Positions 1 through 10,472 are shown, counted from the stretch's first letter. The stretch: 64,000 nt of DNA from a virus (IMGVR_UViG_3300042402_003740:28328-92327); one strand, 5' to 3'. The notes: generated by a model from the sequence alone, not told the origin. Numbers and translations are program-made.

Positions 1-2
1 AT

Positions 3-3000
3 GGTAATCCAATAGGAAAAGCAAGAGGTGAGACACTTGGTGGACAATTAGACCAAGAGTGGTGGTCGTTCTTCTCTGGACACATTGTTCCTACTTTTGG
101 ACAACATCGCATATATTCTGAAGCAATTCCTGATACTTCTATCATCAATGGTGTAGGAAAACCAAATCCATACATTGGTTTTAATACTATGGGATTTTCT
201 GAATTTATCCGTGCAGGATTTGGAGGAAGAACAAGCGATACCCCATCAACTCCATATCCAACAGATCGTACTCGTTTCCATTATCTACGAGAACTTGGAG
301 AAGTAGAAGTCGTTCACTCCCTTTCATTTGGTGAAGTTCCTTGGGTTGGTATAAGCGGTCCTAATGGGTTTAAACCGGGATACTATTGGTTCTTGGAGAG
401 ATTTGGAAAAACAGAATCAACATCTGGTTCTGGTCTTCCTCCTCTAGGAGCAGGAGAAGTGTATCTTCGGACAACTGTCACTCCAGGCTATGGAGAACAG
501 ATGTATATGGGTTATGTTGTTGCAGACCATTTACAAAAGTACTATACACATAATAATGATCCTACAAAAGTAAACGAAAATAAAACCAAACACATGGTTA
601 TGTTTGCAGCACCAACAAAGAGAAAATTACCAGATGACATACTTGAAGCAGAAAGAGTCAAATATGGAGTGACTCTTGACTTTAACCGCAGATTTCCAAC
701 AATAACTGAATATGCTAATTATATTGGTGCACTGAAGAACACCACACAGTCTCCTGATCCTGCAAATCCAAACTATGGAATACCATCAAGAATTATAGAC
801 ATAGAACCTATTGCTAAAGAATTTGCAGCAGAAGTAAGAGGTATGGAAACGGTTGATGGAATCGGAGGATCTATACTGCTCTATGTTCAGTCATGGGACG
901 CCTTTGCTGGTACCAAACTTTTTGGAATATCTGATGGACAGTTCTATGTTCCACAAGAAGATGTGGACATGGAAGAGACAAAGTTTAGAGATTGGATGGA
1001 TACTGTTATCGCTTCTTGGATAGAGAGGTATGGAACCTATCCAAAGCATATAATATGGAATCTCACAGAATATGGATTCTCTGGAAAAACTGGACCTCTG
1101 TATAACCGAGAGCCTATTGGATTTGAGATGGAGCGATACTTCTTTGATCCAGCAACACTTCCTTTTATTGCATCAGATGAAGGTCGTGGAGAGATAAACT
1201 CCTATAGCACCAGAGGACTTCCCTACTATGGTTTGGATGGTCCTGGAATAACATGGGATTCCAGTCAAAATTCCGAGCGTTTCTACAGCAGAGGATATGA
1301 TATTGCAAGGCTTGAAACAGCGGGAAAAGATCCTGTCGTACCAGCAAATCCACTCTATACAAGATCAAAAGACATTATTCTTGATATGATTGCAAAACTA
1401 AAGAGGTGGAGAACGGACCGTGGGATTCCCGCAAAGGTTGGAGTGTACCATGTACCTTTCATGCCTCGCTATCCATATAATGTGTATAAAGTGGAAGGAG
1501 TAAAGGAGAATTCACAAGCAGTCGTCTATGCTGCTGGTGGGTGGAATGATCTTGTCTGGCCAAAGCAGAGTACAGTACATCCTTATGGTGTTGGTGGGTG
1601 GTATACGCCACAAGAAACAAGCGAACTAAAGAAAGTAGTCAATCTAGAATTTAGAAAAAGATGGGAACCGATTGTTAAAGAGTCTGAAGTGCTTTTTCCT
1701 GAATTGTACAATGACAGTTGCAGAGAGAACATATTTGAAGATGGTAATGTTGAGGGTTGGATAGAGACTCACAGAAAAGTAGTAGATCTTGCAAATGAAT
1801 TCAAGACAATTCCTGCATGGTCAACAGAAGATCCAAATAAGGACAGCAACACAGAGGCTCCAGCAGGAGTGACTGTCGATATTATACCTCTTACTGCCTA
1901 TTCTGTTGTAAGACCTAACTGCGGTAGACTAGGAGAAGACGATCCTGTTGTAAAGAAAAACGGATCTCTCTATGCACACGAAAACCAAGAGTATACTCTT
2001 ACAGATTGGCTCCGTGACGAATATCTAAGACCAAAATTCAGAAGACCAGCAAAGGTTCAGGGACTCTCAATGTGGAGAGGGTTTGAATATAATGCAACAA
2101 ATGCACTGTACACATCTTCTTATACTGGAAAAGAAGAAGACCGTGAATGGGTATTGAAATATATTCAGGCAGAAGACGGAAAGGGAGTAACAATTGACTG
2201 GAATAATCCTGTTGATGTGGACATAAAGTTTAGACGATATCTCCAAATAATCAATGGGCTAACCAGAAGATATCTACACCGCTTTGACAGAGGAATTCCT
2301 CGTCGTGATATCCACCGACCATACTACCATGCTCCTTTTGCAGCAGGATGGAATCCTGGTATTTCCGCAGATGGATCTATGGCTAAACGATATCCAGAAT
2401 CCATAGGTGGAATGCCAATACCTGATGTTGTTCCTCTCCTTTGGGTAGGCTATGGTCCATCAGGTCAGACTTTTAGAAATGCATCAAATACTGGTGGTGT
2501 CTCTAATGAGATACTTGCAGATGTTCGTGAAAGAGCAAGTCTTATACCACCAGGAAAAAGAGTCATTATGCCTTGGTATTGGCAAATCGAATCTCCTGCT
2601 GGTCAGCGTCCAATGATTGACTACTATGAGAATACAACAGATGGAATGGTTTATGGTGGTACAAAATACCGAGCACACGAAACACCAGGTGGCGTTACAT
2701 TCCTCTCTCCTTGGGCTTACAATAATACAAGAGATGCAAAGAGTTCTATAACTGCTTTTCTACAACAGTGTGGTCAAACTGGCATATCTTTTGATGCGAT
2801 TGGTTCTGATTTTGAGAATTGGGGTTGGCTAGGACTTTCTTCCGTTAATCAATCTTTTGATGGTCCTTGGGGTCCAACAGGAGAACCAGCAGCACAAAAA
2901 ACGGTGACAATTGATGGCATTGATCGTAGTGTTGTTGTTCCTTGGAATGAATTGTACTCTTACTTGCAAGAACCAGATAATCGAATAGCATCAACAATTG

Positions 3001-6000
3001 TAAAAGATTCAAGATTTGCAGGACTGACAAACTACACAACAGGTCTGTCAATGGGTGGTGCTATAGAGAAAGTCTATAATCAAATTAGACCATTTATGTC
3101 TACACTTGTTAATGGGTATGGTTATTCTAATCCTGGTAATGAAGATAATGGTTTGACTGCTAGTCAGATAATGACATATTTTATCGTGGAAGGACCAACA
3201 GGAATTTCAGCAGCAACTGGTCCAGCATCAGTTGATGCTTATTATAATCCTGCGCTTCAAAACTGGCAAGCAGCAACAAGAGACAGAGGTCGTGAAATAG
3301 GAAATCCTTGGAGGCCACCATATACAAACAGCACATATCCTTTGGCTGCTGGTAAATCTGTCTCAATAAAACTTGCCTGGTTTGCATGGCAAAGAGCACT
3401 AGAATCTTTAGTACACGAAGACCACACACAGAGAAAGTGGGTTGACACTCTTCGTGGTAGTACAAGTAAAGAGATGAGAAATGTGGAATTTGCAGAATAT
3501 GATGCATTCCCTCTATCAGTTGGGGAAGGTGTATTCATTAGAGATCCGTATACGCATCCATTCTTGGCTTTAGGTGAGCAAGAGAACAGCGAGTACATTA
3601 ACCCAAGTCCAGAACAGTATGGATCTATTTTAGCAGACAGTATAAAGACGGCGGTTTACTATACAAATCCAACAACAGATGAACAAAAGTATATTATTAC
3701 TATTTGTGATGCAGGGCAAAATCCACCAGCAGGAACTGTAAGATTCGCCCCATCTTTTGATATTACAGCAGCCAGAAGTTGGATTTCATTGCTCATGGAA
3801 GTACAGTTGATGAGAGGAATTCTTCGTACTGATCCTAGTGCGTGGTTGAACTATACTCCTTGGGTAAATACTCCTTGGGATAATCCTGATTACAATGGAT
3901 TCTATCATACAATAGATCCTGTGAACACACCAGACATAGAAAGACGAACCTATTCGATTCAGTACTTTAGAGAATTGGTTTTCCATGCTCTACTCCACGG
4001 AGCAAAGTGGTTCCATCTTTTCAATGACATTCCCGGTAATGGTGGACTTGGCCTCTCTGCAAGATATCAAAACTTCTTGCAGGGAGTAACACTCATGCAG
4101 GGTATTTTCAATGAATGGAATTCTCTTACAAACTATAACCGTGTTCGTCCAGCATCGAATCCAACAGGAAACTACAATGCTCTTGTTGAAAGGGTGAATC
4201 TTTCAGACGCAGGAGCAAATCACGAAGGAGCAACAGGAACACTTATAAGCGGTGCTCGTGTTCTGTCCGCAGATTCTTTCGGACTGACAAGTAGTGTGCC
4301 ATTCGGAGCAAATCCAAATGAAACCTACATCTGGAGAATATCTGTTCCTCCACAAGGAGTCGGTTGTACATATGATCGTGTTGATATTCCAGGATTTGGA
4401 TCAGCAACACAGGATCTTCCTCTAACTGTTTATGTGCCAGCAAATGAAACAGGATTCTGGATCAAGAGAACAGGAAATCCATATAAACCCCAATACCGTT
4501 GGAGAAAACCAACAACCGATGGAATGGGCACAGTACTGAAGAACAGGGACTCTAGTGCCATAGGTTTCCCCTCAACAAATCCTAACAGTGTGTTTACTGG
4601 TGGTGATAGTGATGCAACAATTGGAAGCGGTGCTAACTCTGATATTCGTGTCATTGCTGCATGGAAGAGCGATCCAATACCCTTTGATAAGAGTACAGAA
4701 ACAACAGTAACTATATGTGCCTACCATCCATCGGGTATACAGCGTGTAGAGGCTTCTCTTAATGGAGGATTAACCGCATCAATTGTAGGAAACTCTCCTA
4801 TAAATGATCGGTATCAGGAATTCACATTTGGTATTCCCCAAAATCTTCCGCAAACAACAGGGTTCCCAACAGGAACTCTCCATGAGATCCGTGCAAAGAT
4901 ATTCCCTGTTGAAGGAAAGCCCCGTATACTTGGAGGTCAACCGACAGACGCTTCGGTCTACTATACAGCGGCAACATCTCTTATGAGAGTCGCTCCAACA
5001 AAAGAACAGGCAAATGAAACTTCATATTTCTTGTGCAATGAAAATCCACATGAAGTATCAGTTCTTAATAATTCTTGGGTAGTGAATATGGGAACTTCTC
5101 AGTATAGTGATTTGAGAAATGCAATACTTTTTGAATTAGGAAATCGCACAGGTTCCGATGTGTTAACAGAAGGTTCTGGAGGCAATAATTCCAATGGAAA
5201 CTGGACTCCTTTCAACAGAAAGTTTGTAAAGATAAAAGTAAAAAATCAAACGAACTCAAATTTAAATATCCTTGGAGATCCTGGAACAGTTTCTGTTGGT
5301 GGATTTCTCTTTGTTGTGGATAGAAACGGTGCTCCAACTGGTTTATTTGATCCAACATGGAATCTGCTTGCATCTTCATTTGATTTCTCGGGTAAGGCTC
5401 TAGTAATAGAGAGGGACTCTGGATCATCAACAACTCCAACAATGAAGGCGAGCACAACAGGAAACACAAATCCTCCTCCTCGTCCAGCAGGATTTTCCAC
5501 AGCAGTTCCTGGTGCAAATCAACCGTTTAGCAATCCCAATTCTGTATATGCCATACCTCTAGGATTGTTTAATCCTGGAAGTTTCGATGCATATTGCACA
5601 TTTCAAAATAGAATATACAGATTAAATAAGAGCCTTGCGGATAGGAGTGGTTCATTTGAATTTGGTGGAGCAGGATTCACTCCTAATGAATTGTCTGCTC
5701 CAAGCGGGACAGACACAAGTAATTCCACATGGATATTTGAATCAGGTACAGGAGATTACGAAACAGCAGTTGGAACATCCAGAAGTGTTAATTGTCTAGG
5801 AGTAGGAAGAATTAAGTTCAAGAATGTTATAGTAGACCGTGGATCAGTATTGGAATTCTCTGGAAATAACAGGCTTCAATTCGATGGTGTAACTTTTACC
5901 TCATCACTACAGCCTCCAACAGAATCCAGAGTTATTGCAACAACACATATGGCTTCATTCACAGGATGTAACATTGATGCTGATAATCCCACACGACATG

Positions 6001-7457
6001 GATTCAATGGAGCCAGAAGAGTATACGGTTGCAATGCGGCAAATATCTACACTGGAGCATTTATTGATAATCTCATGGTGCAGTCTTCTAGTGCAACAGG
6101 AGCACAACAAAAAGACAACAAGTCTGCTAATCCAATACTAAAGAGTAATTTCTCTCTCAAGAATGCAATCTATAGTGATATCACAATTTCTGGATCTTCA
6201 GGGGAAAAACTACAAGAAGGTGTCTTGATAGGAACAGGTGGTGGGATAATATCTGGTGTACAGGGTGCTTGTGCAGACCATGAGGGATTGGTGTTCCGAA
6301 ACATCTCTCTTGATTATGGGGCAATAAATGTTAGTCTTGATAAAAAGGGAATTCTTATAAACGGAAATGCCCATCAAGTTTTCCTTGATGGATTGAGTTT
6401 CTCTACAGAATCGGTAAATATTGATAACTCCTACAAAGTGGTTGCCGATGCTCTGCGTACAGGTACTCCTCCTATTAGTGGTTTTGGAGCAAAACCACAA
6501 AGAGTCTCTAGTATAGGAGGCACAAGAACTGCCGTGATCTTTGATGATCCTTCTATTCTGCTAAGACCGATTATATTCGGACCAGAAGGCTCAACATTCT
6601 CTTCACGAAATTTTGCTGTTGGGGTCAATTACAACACTAATTTTGGAATAACCATGAGTTCTGTTCAAGAGAGTGTTCCGAATATTTCTGAAGCAAGAGC
6701 ATATATCAGAGGAATACCACAAGTTACTGGAACAGGAGTTATTTCTAACAATAATTTTTCACTCTATATCTCCGGAATGGAGAGCAATGCTGCTAAAATT
6801 GGAGGAGTTGTTGGTTGGACTGCACCGTTTATCCAATCAACACTTTCTAACGGGACTGTTCTTGTAAATGTGAGTAGTGGACTAAATCCTGGAAATGTAA
6901 TCACTGTTGGAGTAACTCTAAGCACATTCTATACACAGAGGTACATTAGTGCAGGACTAACAATTGAACCTGTATCAGGAGCAACATTCCATGTCATGCC
7001 ATCAGTATTTGATTCTACTGGCGTTTGGAGTGTGAGTAATGGAAATATTCCTATATCGCATTGGTTGAAAGTAGGAAATAATGGTGTTTCGTGGATTACA
7101 AATCCAACTACAACTGCCTCAATAAGACTAAAAATACGATCTCCTTTTTCTACAACGCTTACTGGAGATATCGGAAATCTAGTTGTGGGTCCGATACCAA
7201 CTAGTAATACTTTGTTTATATTAGATTGGAATAGTCCAGGAAAAACAGGAGCGATTGTTGTTGGAGGAGAGACATACGGTCTTGGTACTGCTGCTGCCGC
7301 TCAAGAGAATGCAACAACCATAGCAAAAATACCAATACTCTGGACAACAGGACCGTCAGCAGGACAACCAATATGGCCTGGTTCCACGGCAAATTTCCCT
7401 GATTTTAGCCGTGGATCTTGGAAAATCATCTATCCACAAGGTAGTCCTGTAGGATAA
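3..7457 (+). CDS. Giant (>2480 aa, 5'-truncated) putative virion structural/receptor-binding protein
   Basis: The frame of ORF 189..7457 is open back to the window edge (GGT AAT CCA ATA...), so the true start is upstream. Aromatic-rich N-terminal two-thirds; G/S/N/T-rich beta-helix-like C-terminal part. Confidence 0.6.
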   Translation, partial: GNPIGKARGETLGGQLDQEWWSFFSGHIVPTFGQHRIYSEAIPDTSIINGVGKPNPYIGFNTMGFSEFIRAGFGGRTSDTPSTPYPTDRTRFHYLRELGEVEVVHSLSFGEVPWVGISGPNGFKPGYYWFLERFGKTESTSGSGLPPLGAGEVYLRTTVTPGYGEQMYMGYVVADHLQKYYTHNNDPTKVNENKTKHMVMFAAPTKRKLPDDILEAERVKYGVTLDFNRRFPTITEYANYIGALKNTTQSPDPANPNYGIPSRIIDIEPIAKEFAAEVRGMETVDGIGGSILLYVQSWDAFAGTKLFGISDGQFYVPQEDVDMEETKFRDWMDTVIASWIERYGTYPKHIIWNLTEYGFSGKTGPLYNREPIGFEMERYFFDPATLPFIASDEGRGEINSYSTRGLPYYGLDGPGITWDSSQNSERFYSRGYDIARLETAGKDPVVPANPLYTRSKDIILDMIAKLKRWRTDRGIPAKVGVYHVPFMPRYPYNVYKVEGVKENSQAVVYAAGGWNDLVWPKQSTVHPYGVGGWYTPQETSELKKVVNLEFRKRWEPIVKESEVLFPELYNDSCRENIFEDGNVEGWIETHRKVVDLANEFKTIPAWSTEDPNKDSNTEAPAGVTVDIIPLTAYSVVRPNCGRLGEDDPVVKKNGSLYAHENQEYTLTDWLRDEYLRPKFRRPAKVQGLSMWRGFEYNATNALYTSSYTGKEEDREWVLKYIQAEDGKGVTIDWNNPVDVDIKFRRYLQIINGLTRRYLHRFDRGIPRRDIHRPYYHAPFAAGWNPGISADGSMAKRYPESIGGMPIPDVVPLLWVGYGPSGQTFRNASNTGGVSNEILADVRERASLIPPGKRVIMPWYWQIESPAGQRPMIDYYENTTDGMVYGGTKYRAHETPGGVTFLSPWAYNNTRDAKSSITAFLQQCGQTGISFDAIGSDFENWGWLGLSSVNQSFDGPWGPTGEPAAQKTVTIDGIDRSVVVPWNELYSYLQEPDNRIASTIVKDSRFAGLTNYTTGLSMGGAIEKVYNQIRPFMSTLVNGYGYSNPGNEDNGLTASQIMTYFIVEGPTGISAATGPASVDAYYNPALQNWQAATRDRGREIGNPWRPPYTNSTYPLAAGKSVSIKLAWFAWQRALESLVHEDHTQRKWVDTLRGSTSKEMRNVEFAEYDAFPLSVGEGVFIRDPYTHPFLALGEQENSEYINPSPEQYGSILADSIKTAVYYTNPTTDEQKYIITICDAGQNPPAGTVRFAPSFDITAARSWISLLMEVQLMRGILRTDPSAWLNYTPWVNTPWDNPDYNGFYHTIDPVNTPDIERRTYSIQYFRELVFHALLHGAKWFHLFNDIPGNGGLGLSARYQNFLQGVTLMQGIFNEWNSLTNYNRVRPASNPTGNYNALVERVNLSDAGANHEGATGTLISGARVLSADSFGLTSSVPFGANPNETYIWRISVPPQGVGCTYDRVDIPGFGSATQDLPLTVYVPANETGFWIKRTGNPYKPQYRWRKPTTDGMGTVLKNRDSSAIGFPSTNPNSVFTGGDSDATIGSGANSDIRVIAAWKSDPIPFDKSTETTVTICAYHPSGIQRVEASLNGGLTASIVGNSPINDRYQEFTFGIPQNLPQTTGFPTGTLHEIRAKIFPVEGKPRILGGQPTDASVYYTAATSLMRVAPTKEQANETSYFLCNENPHEVSVLNNSWVVNMGTSQYSDLRNAILFELGNRTGSDVLTEGSGGNNSNGNWTPFNRKFVKIKVKNQTNSNLNILGDPGTVSVGGFLFVVDRNGAPTGLFDPTWNLLASSFDFSGKALVIERDSGSSTTPTMKASTTGNTNPPPRPAGFSTAVPGANQPFSNPNSVYAIPLGLFNPGSFDAYCTFQNRIYRLNKSLADRSGSFEFGGAGFTPNELSAPSGTDTSNSTWIFESGTGDYETAVGTSRSVNCLGVGRIKFKNVIVDRGSVLEFSGNNRLQFDGVTFTSSLQPPTESRVIATTHMASFTGCNIDADNPTRHGFNGARRVYGCNAANIYTGAFIDNLMVQSSSATGAQQKDNKSANPILKSNFSLKNAIYSDITISGSSGEKLQEGVLIGTGGGIISGVQGACADHEGLVFRNISLDYGAINVSLDKKGILINGNAHQVFLDGLSFSTESVNIDNSYKVVADALRTGTPPISGFGAKPQRVSSIGGTRTAVIFDDPSILLRPIIFGPEGSTFSSRNFAVGVNYNTNFGITMSSVQESVPNISEARAYIRGIPQVTGTGVISNNNFSLYISGMESNAAKIGGVVGWTAPFIQSTLSNGTVLVNVSSGLNPGNVITVGVTLSTFYTQRYISAGLTIEPVSGATFHVMPSVFDSTGVWSVSNGNIPISHWLKVGNNGVSWITNPTTTASIRLKIRSPFSTTLTGDIGNLVVGPIPTSNTLFILDWNSPGKTGAIVVGGETYGLGTAAAAQENATTIAKIPILWTTGPSAGQPIWPGSTANFPDFSRGSWKIIYPQGSPVG

Positions 7458-7460
7458 ATA
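7454..7460 (+). promoter_or_regulatory. T4-type late promoter-like element (ATAAATA)
   Basis: Matches the TATAAATA core; upstream of AAGGAG SD and ATG 7489. Confidence 0.5.
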
Positions 7461-7488
7461 CATAGAAATAAGATAAAAGGAGAAAATA

Positions 7489-7842
7489 ATGCCATTCAGA
7501 ACAACTAATAGTAACCCCAATCCACCCCTGTTTTTGGGAAATATCACTCCAGGAGTTGGAGGAACAGCACTAGGTGCTGCATTAAGAAATTTGGGGATAA
7601 CAACAGCCAATTTCTTTGGACAAACTAGCAGTAATCCCTCACTCGGGGAAGGACTGTACTTCTCTGTACATGGATCACAGACTTTTAAAGTATTTGGTAA
7701 TTCTGGAGAGTGTGCAGCAAATGCCAATAGACATTTCACTCTGCTTCCAAACTCTTACGAGTTTATGCCTATAAAGAATCCAGAAAATTTATGGATTGTT
7801 GGATCTGCTGCTGGAGCCACTCTATCCGTTCGTGGACACTAA
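7489..7842 (+). CDS. Hypothetical virion-associated protein
   Basis: Good SD; C-terminus (FMPIKNPENLWIV...SVRGH) resembles that of 10473..15068. Confidence 0.7.
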   Translation: MPFRTTNSNPNPPLFLGNITPGVGGTALGAALRNLGITTANFFGQTSSNPSLGEGLYFSVHGSQTFKVFGNSGECAANANRHFTLLPNSYEFMPIKNPENLWIVGSAAGATLSVRGH

Positions 7843-7843
7843 A

Positions 7844-7914
7844 TTCCCTTGCTTGGATTCGAACCAAGAAAAAGAGATCCAAAGTCTCTCGTGTTACCGT
7901 TACACTACAAGGGA
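7844..7914 (-). tRNA. tRNA-Gln(TTG)
   Basis: Cloverleaf; AGAGA-CTTTGGA-TCTCT anticodon arm; GGTTCGAATCC T arm. Confidence 0.93.
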
Positions 7915-7915
7915 A

Positions 7916-8005
7916 AGGAAGAAGTGGGATTCGAACCCACGGTAGACATCGAATGCCTACGCCGGTTTTCAAGACCAGTGCCTTTAACCACTCAGCCATT
8001 CTTCC
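7916..8005 (-). tRNA. tRNA-Ser(TGA)
   Basis: CTGGT-CTTGAAA-ACCGG; long variable arm; GGAAGAA/TTCTTCC acceptor. Confidence 0.93.
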
Positions 8006-8010
8006 ATCAG

Positions 8011-8083
8011 TGGACTGAGGGGGACTTGAACCCCCAACCTCTGCCTTGCAAAGGCAGCGTTCCCCCAGTTGAACTATCAGCCC
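8011..8083 (-). tRNA. tRNA-Ala(TGC)
   Basis: CTGCC-TTTGCAA-GGCAG; G3.U70 in acceptor stem. Confidence 0.93.
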
Positions 8084-8087
8084 AGAA

Positions 8088-8169
8088 TCCGAGAGGCGGG
8101 ACTCGAACCCGCAAGCCGAAAGGCAGCAGATTTTAAGTCTGCCGTGTATGCCAATTCCACCACTCTCAG
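8088..8169 (-). tRNA. tRNA-Leu(TAA)
   Basis: GCAGA-CTTAAAA-TCTGC; variable arm GCCTTTCGGC. Confidence 0.92.
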
Positions 8170-8172
8170 TCA

Positions 8173-8500
8173 TGGAGTCGGGGGGATTTGCACCCCCGTC
8201 CAGAACCACATCAAAGACAAACTTCTACGGAACCTAGTCCGTGTTCTGTACAGCATCGGGACACGGACATCCCTTTGCAGTTTGCGAATCGTTTAGTTCA
8301 ACAGCCTTACGATTCCTATGGCAGTCTATCCGATGGTTTGGGAGGGGTAGATATCGGAGTCTCTACCCCTCCCTTGCCGCTTCAAGCAGCGAGACGAACT
8401 GTGTTAGCAGTTATTGTGTGGTCGATTTTATACAGAGCCGTTCGACCAACTCTGGTGCGCCGTTTGTCTCCTACTTAGCCTGTCGAATCTACTCGACCCC
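8173..8500 (-). ncRNA. ssrA: tmRNA, tag (A)ANTVRLAA
   Basis: 5' GGGGTCGAGTAGATTCGAC; 3' GACGGGGGTGCAAATCCCCCCGACTCCA; resume context ATAACT-GCT AAC ACA GTT CGT CTC GCT GCT TGA. Confidence 0.92.
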
Positions 8501-9421
8501 TTACTCATCATTTCGGGCAAGACGCTCAAAGTATGACATGGCATCTCCCGAAAACTCGTCTTCTTCATTCTCACGCTTGATTTCCTTTGCCGAACGGGAC
8601 TTTGGAGAGGAACCAAACTGCTCCGCTGCCTGTTCAACCTCATCGTCAAGGTCTTCTGCCCGCTTTGGAGCAGACACAGATCCACCAATGACCGAATCAA
8701 ACTTACGCTTGAGTTCATCATATCCCTTGAACTCCTTTGGATTGGTGAAATCCTTCAGCGAATACTGACTCTTCCACAGAGCCTCCAACTTCGCATCGTC
8801 GCCACCAAAGAGAGCCGCAGGATTGGCAAACTCCGACTTGTCGTAGTTGATGTAGCCATCCACCTTGCGAACCTTCAGTTTAAAATCCGCTCCCTTCCAA
8901 AAGTCGAAGGGATTCACAGCCTCTTCATCTTGGAACTGTGGGTGCATCTTCTCTTCAATCTTCTCAAAGATCTTCTTCCCATACTTGTATAGGAATACCT
9001 TGCCCTCGTTCTGTGGTGCAGAGGGATCGGAAATGACAAGAATATTGGAGACATACGCCAACTTGCGCTTGCGGTCACGGGCAATAGACTTGTCCGACTC
9101 CACTCCGCTGTTCCACAACTCGTTGTTTGCCTCGCAGACTGGACACTTCTGACCAATCGTGGTTGGACAATTCTCAATGAACCATCCACCCTTGCCTTGG
9201 AATCCGTGCGAGAACTGGCGCACCCACGGCAGATCCTCTCCATCGCTTGGAGGGAGGAAACGGATTACTGCATAGCCGTTGCTGGACTTGTCAAGGGTGG
9301 GCTTCCAAATGCGGTTGTCCTCATAGGACGATTCCCCGCCACCCTTCTTCAATTTCTCTGCCTCATTGAGCAGACGCTTCATGCTGTCGTTTGAATTCTT
9401 CTTTAGATCTTTAAAACTCAT
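8501..9421 (-). CDS. 32: T4 gp32-like single-stranded DNA-binding protein
   Basis: GYAVIRFLP, WFIENCPTTIGQKCPVCE, NPFDFWKGADFKLKVRKVDGYINYDKSEF, acidic tail; ATG 9421 is 7 nt after AAGGAG. Confidence 0.97.
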   Translation of the reverse strand: MSFKDLKKNSNDSMKRLLNEAEKLKKGGGESSYEDNRIWKPTLDKSSNGYAVIRFLPPSDGEDLPWVRQFSHGFQGKGGWFIENCPTTIGQKCPVCEANNELWNSGVESDKSIARDRKRKLAYVSNILVISDPSAPQNEGKVFLYKYGKKIFEKIEEKMHPQFQDEEAVNPFDFWKGADFKLKVRKVDGYINYDKSEFANPAALFGGDDAKLEALWKSQYSLKDFTNPKEFKGYDELKRKFDSVIGGSVSAPKRAEDLDDEVEQAAEQFGSSPKSRSAKEIKRENEEDEFSGDAMSYFERLARNDE

Positions 9422-9472
9422 ATTCACGCTCCTTTGTTGTGTACGATGTGTACGGTGTGTTCGATGTGTAGA

Positions 9473-9500
9473 AGTATATAGCGTCGAAACGGAAAGTCAA
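9473..9500 (-). promoter_or_regulatory. sigma70-type promoter for gene 32
   Basis: TTGACT-N16-TATACT on the minus strand. Confidence 0.7.
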
Positions 9501-10123
9501 GCACCAATCCCGGAATCTGCCAACTTTTCTCGGAGTACCTTGCGGTGCTTGAGGGTATTTGAAAGAACACCTTTCGACCGTAGAAAGGGACGGTACTTAT
9601 CACAACGCTTTCGTAGAGATTCCCAAAGCGGATCTCCGTCTAGGGCTTTTGTGAAATGGGGAAAGAATCCAAGCATTTCATCCAGTGTTATAAGAGATTC
9701 TGGTGAAATATCTCCACGGACAACGGCTTGTAGTAGGGGAGGATGCCCACCGTCAAGCGGTTTGAAAAGCCAATCAAATCCCTTATCTCCTGCAATGCTA
9801 CAGAGGGTTCCCATGTCCTCCCCAAATTCTTCGGAATAGTTTTGCATACGCCTCTGCCATTGGGAATAGACTTCTTCGTGTCCTCCCTCCATGACTTCTC
9901 CGATCCACTGGTTGGGGTTGTGGGCAAGCAGGGCAAAGAAGAAGTCTACAGGATCACCTTTAAAGGTACGAGACAACCGCTCAAACCAATACTTGTCTTT
10001 TCGCTTAAGATAGGATTCAAAAGAGGTGTTGGTCTTTCCCCGAAAACGGAAGAAATCATATGAATCAGAGGTGAAATGTAGTTTCACTCCAAGATAGATT
10101 TGGAAAAGATCGTAGCCCTTCAT
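9497..10123 (-). CDS. 59: T4 gp59-like helicase loader
   Basis: YLGVKLHFTSDSYDFFRF, RKDKYWFERLS, GHPPLL, ISPESLITLD; located between genes 33 and 32. Confidence 0.9.
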   Translation of the reverse strand: MKGYDLFQIYLGVKLHFTSDSYDFFRFRGKTNTSFESYLKRKDKYWFERLSRTFKGDPVDFFFALLAHNPNQWIGEVMEGGHEEVYSQWQRRMQNYSEEFGEDMGTLCSIAGDKGFDWLFKPLDGGHPPLLQAVVRGDISPESLITLDEMLGFFPHFTKALDGDPLWESLRKRCDKYRPFLRSKGVLSNTLKHRKVLREKLADSGIGA

Positions 10124-10353
10124 AGGGGTAGTTGTGTGGACTTGCCCTTTGGTTTTCCTGGTAGTCGAAAGTGTCTAGTGTCTGCTTCCGCTTTGATTTT
10201 AGCAATCATGGGTTTTGTAAGATATCTGGCAATAGCCGCAGGCTCTATTTCAAATTGTTCACAAATCTCCATGACCGCATCAATATATGAAGAATTCTTT
10301 GTTTTTGTTCTCTTCTCTATCTCTGCTGCAAAGTCTACAGATCCATCAAACAT
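10120..10353 (-). CDS. 33: T4 gp33-like late transcription coactivator
   Basis: FAAEIEK...SYIDAVMEICEQFEIEP...KIKAEA...LPL. Confidence 0.88.
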   Translation of the reverse strand: MFDGSVDFAAEIEKRTKTKNSSYIDAVMEICEQFEIEPAAIARYLTKPMIAKIKAEADTRHFRLPGKPKGKSTQLPL

Positions 10354-10380
10354 GGTTTATGCTTCCTTTCTGATGGGTAA

Positions 10381-10408
10381 AGTATACCCTGTTCATGGTT
10401 AAAGTCAA
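10381..10408 (-). promoter_or_regulatory. sigma70-type promoter for genes 33-59
   Basis: TTGACT-N16-TATACT on the minus strand. Confidence 0.7.
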
Positions 10409-10472
10409 GCCCCAATGTGGTAGTTGTTTATACATATGATAGCAATCGCCATATTCAAGCCTAAACGGATAA

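Noticed and set aside
7769-8478. ORFs spanning the tRNA/tmRNA block (also 49896..50240, 56480..56593, 58275..58328)
   Set aside because: They overlap clear RNA genes.
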